Assembly (NCBI RefSeq): GCF_001194135.2
Contig: NC_068982.1
Location: forward strand, 119,765,038 to 119,815,612
Reading direction: 5' to 3'
DNA from: Octopus bimaculoides
Lineage: Eukaryota
DNA: 50,575 nucleotides
How positions within the stretch are numbered: the first letter of the stretch is position 1; the number at the start of each line of letters is the position of its first letter. The translations under genes and the position numbers were made by a program. The notes beneath the pieces were generated by a model, which saw only the letters and a list, made by a program, of their open reading frames with translations, did not search any database and was not told the DNA's origin. Positions 50,364 through 50,575 of this stretch are shown in pieces.

Positions 50364-50510
50364 TGCTGCTGGTCGAGGTGAGAGGGGTAACTCCCTTGGC
50401 AAACAGGACACAGTCGTGTGTCGATAAGCCAGCTGGAGGAGATGTCCTCCTGGGGCTAAAAGCAACAGTAACATCCACCCCTAGGGGTCAGCCACACTTA
50501 AGTGGCAATA
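50364..50510 (+). other. GC-rich multi-hairpin segment, probably the structured end of a retroelement
   Basis: Hairpins AGGGG/TCCCT, GACACA(GTCG)TGTGTC, GGAGGA(GATG)TCCTCC, palindrome ACCCCTAGGGGT, and GCCAC(ACTTAA)GTGGC. Confidence 0.5.
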
Positions 50511-50575
50511 TACTACACTTTATCGTGCAGTTACTGTTAATACTTCATTTAGAGAATTAACATTGCTTATATATA

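Overview
AT-rich, microsatellite-dense eukaryotic genomic DNA with 14 assembly gaps (about 5.2 kb of N), almost all flanked by (TA)n or (CA)n. The repeat spectrum looks like an octopus/cephalopod draft genome; this is inference from repeat types, not proof. No host protein-coding gene can be supported, and most listed ORFs are microsatellite or gap artefacts. The window is a graveyard of decayed mobile elements: three R4/Dong-clade LINE fragments (RT plus restriction-like endonuclease), two CR1-type RT fragments, four Penelope-like (GIY-YIG) fragments, two near full-length mariners, a mariner MITE, a DD41D-related remnant, tRNA-derived SINEs and several fold-back elements. The most interesting signal is non-coding: at least six type I hammerhead-ribozyme motifs with family-specific palindromic stem III sequences. 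One looks intact (50319-50363). One sits in a tRNA-headed SINE-like element with a Penelope-style inverted end (44131-44463). Two lie in the arms of a 600-bp fold-back (13797-14403). All assignments were made by eye without database searches, and boundaries are approximate to tens of bases unless stated.
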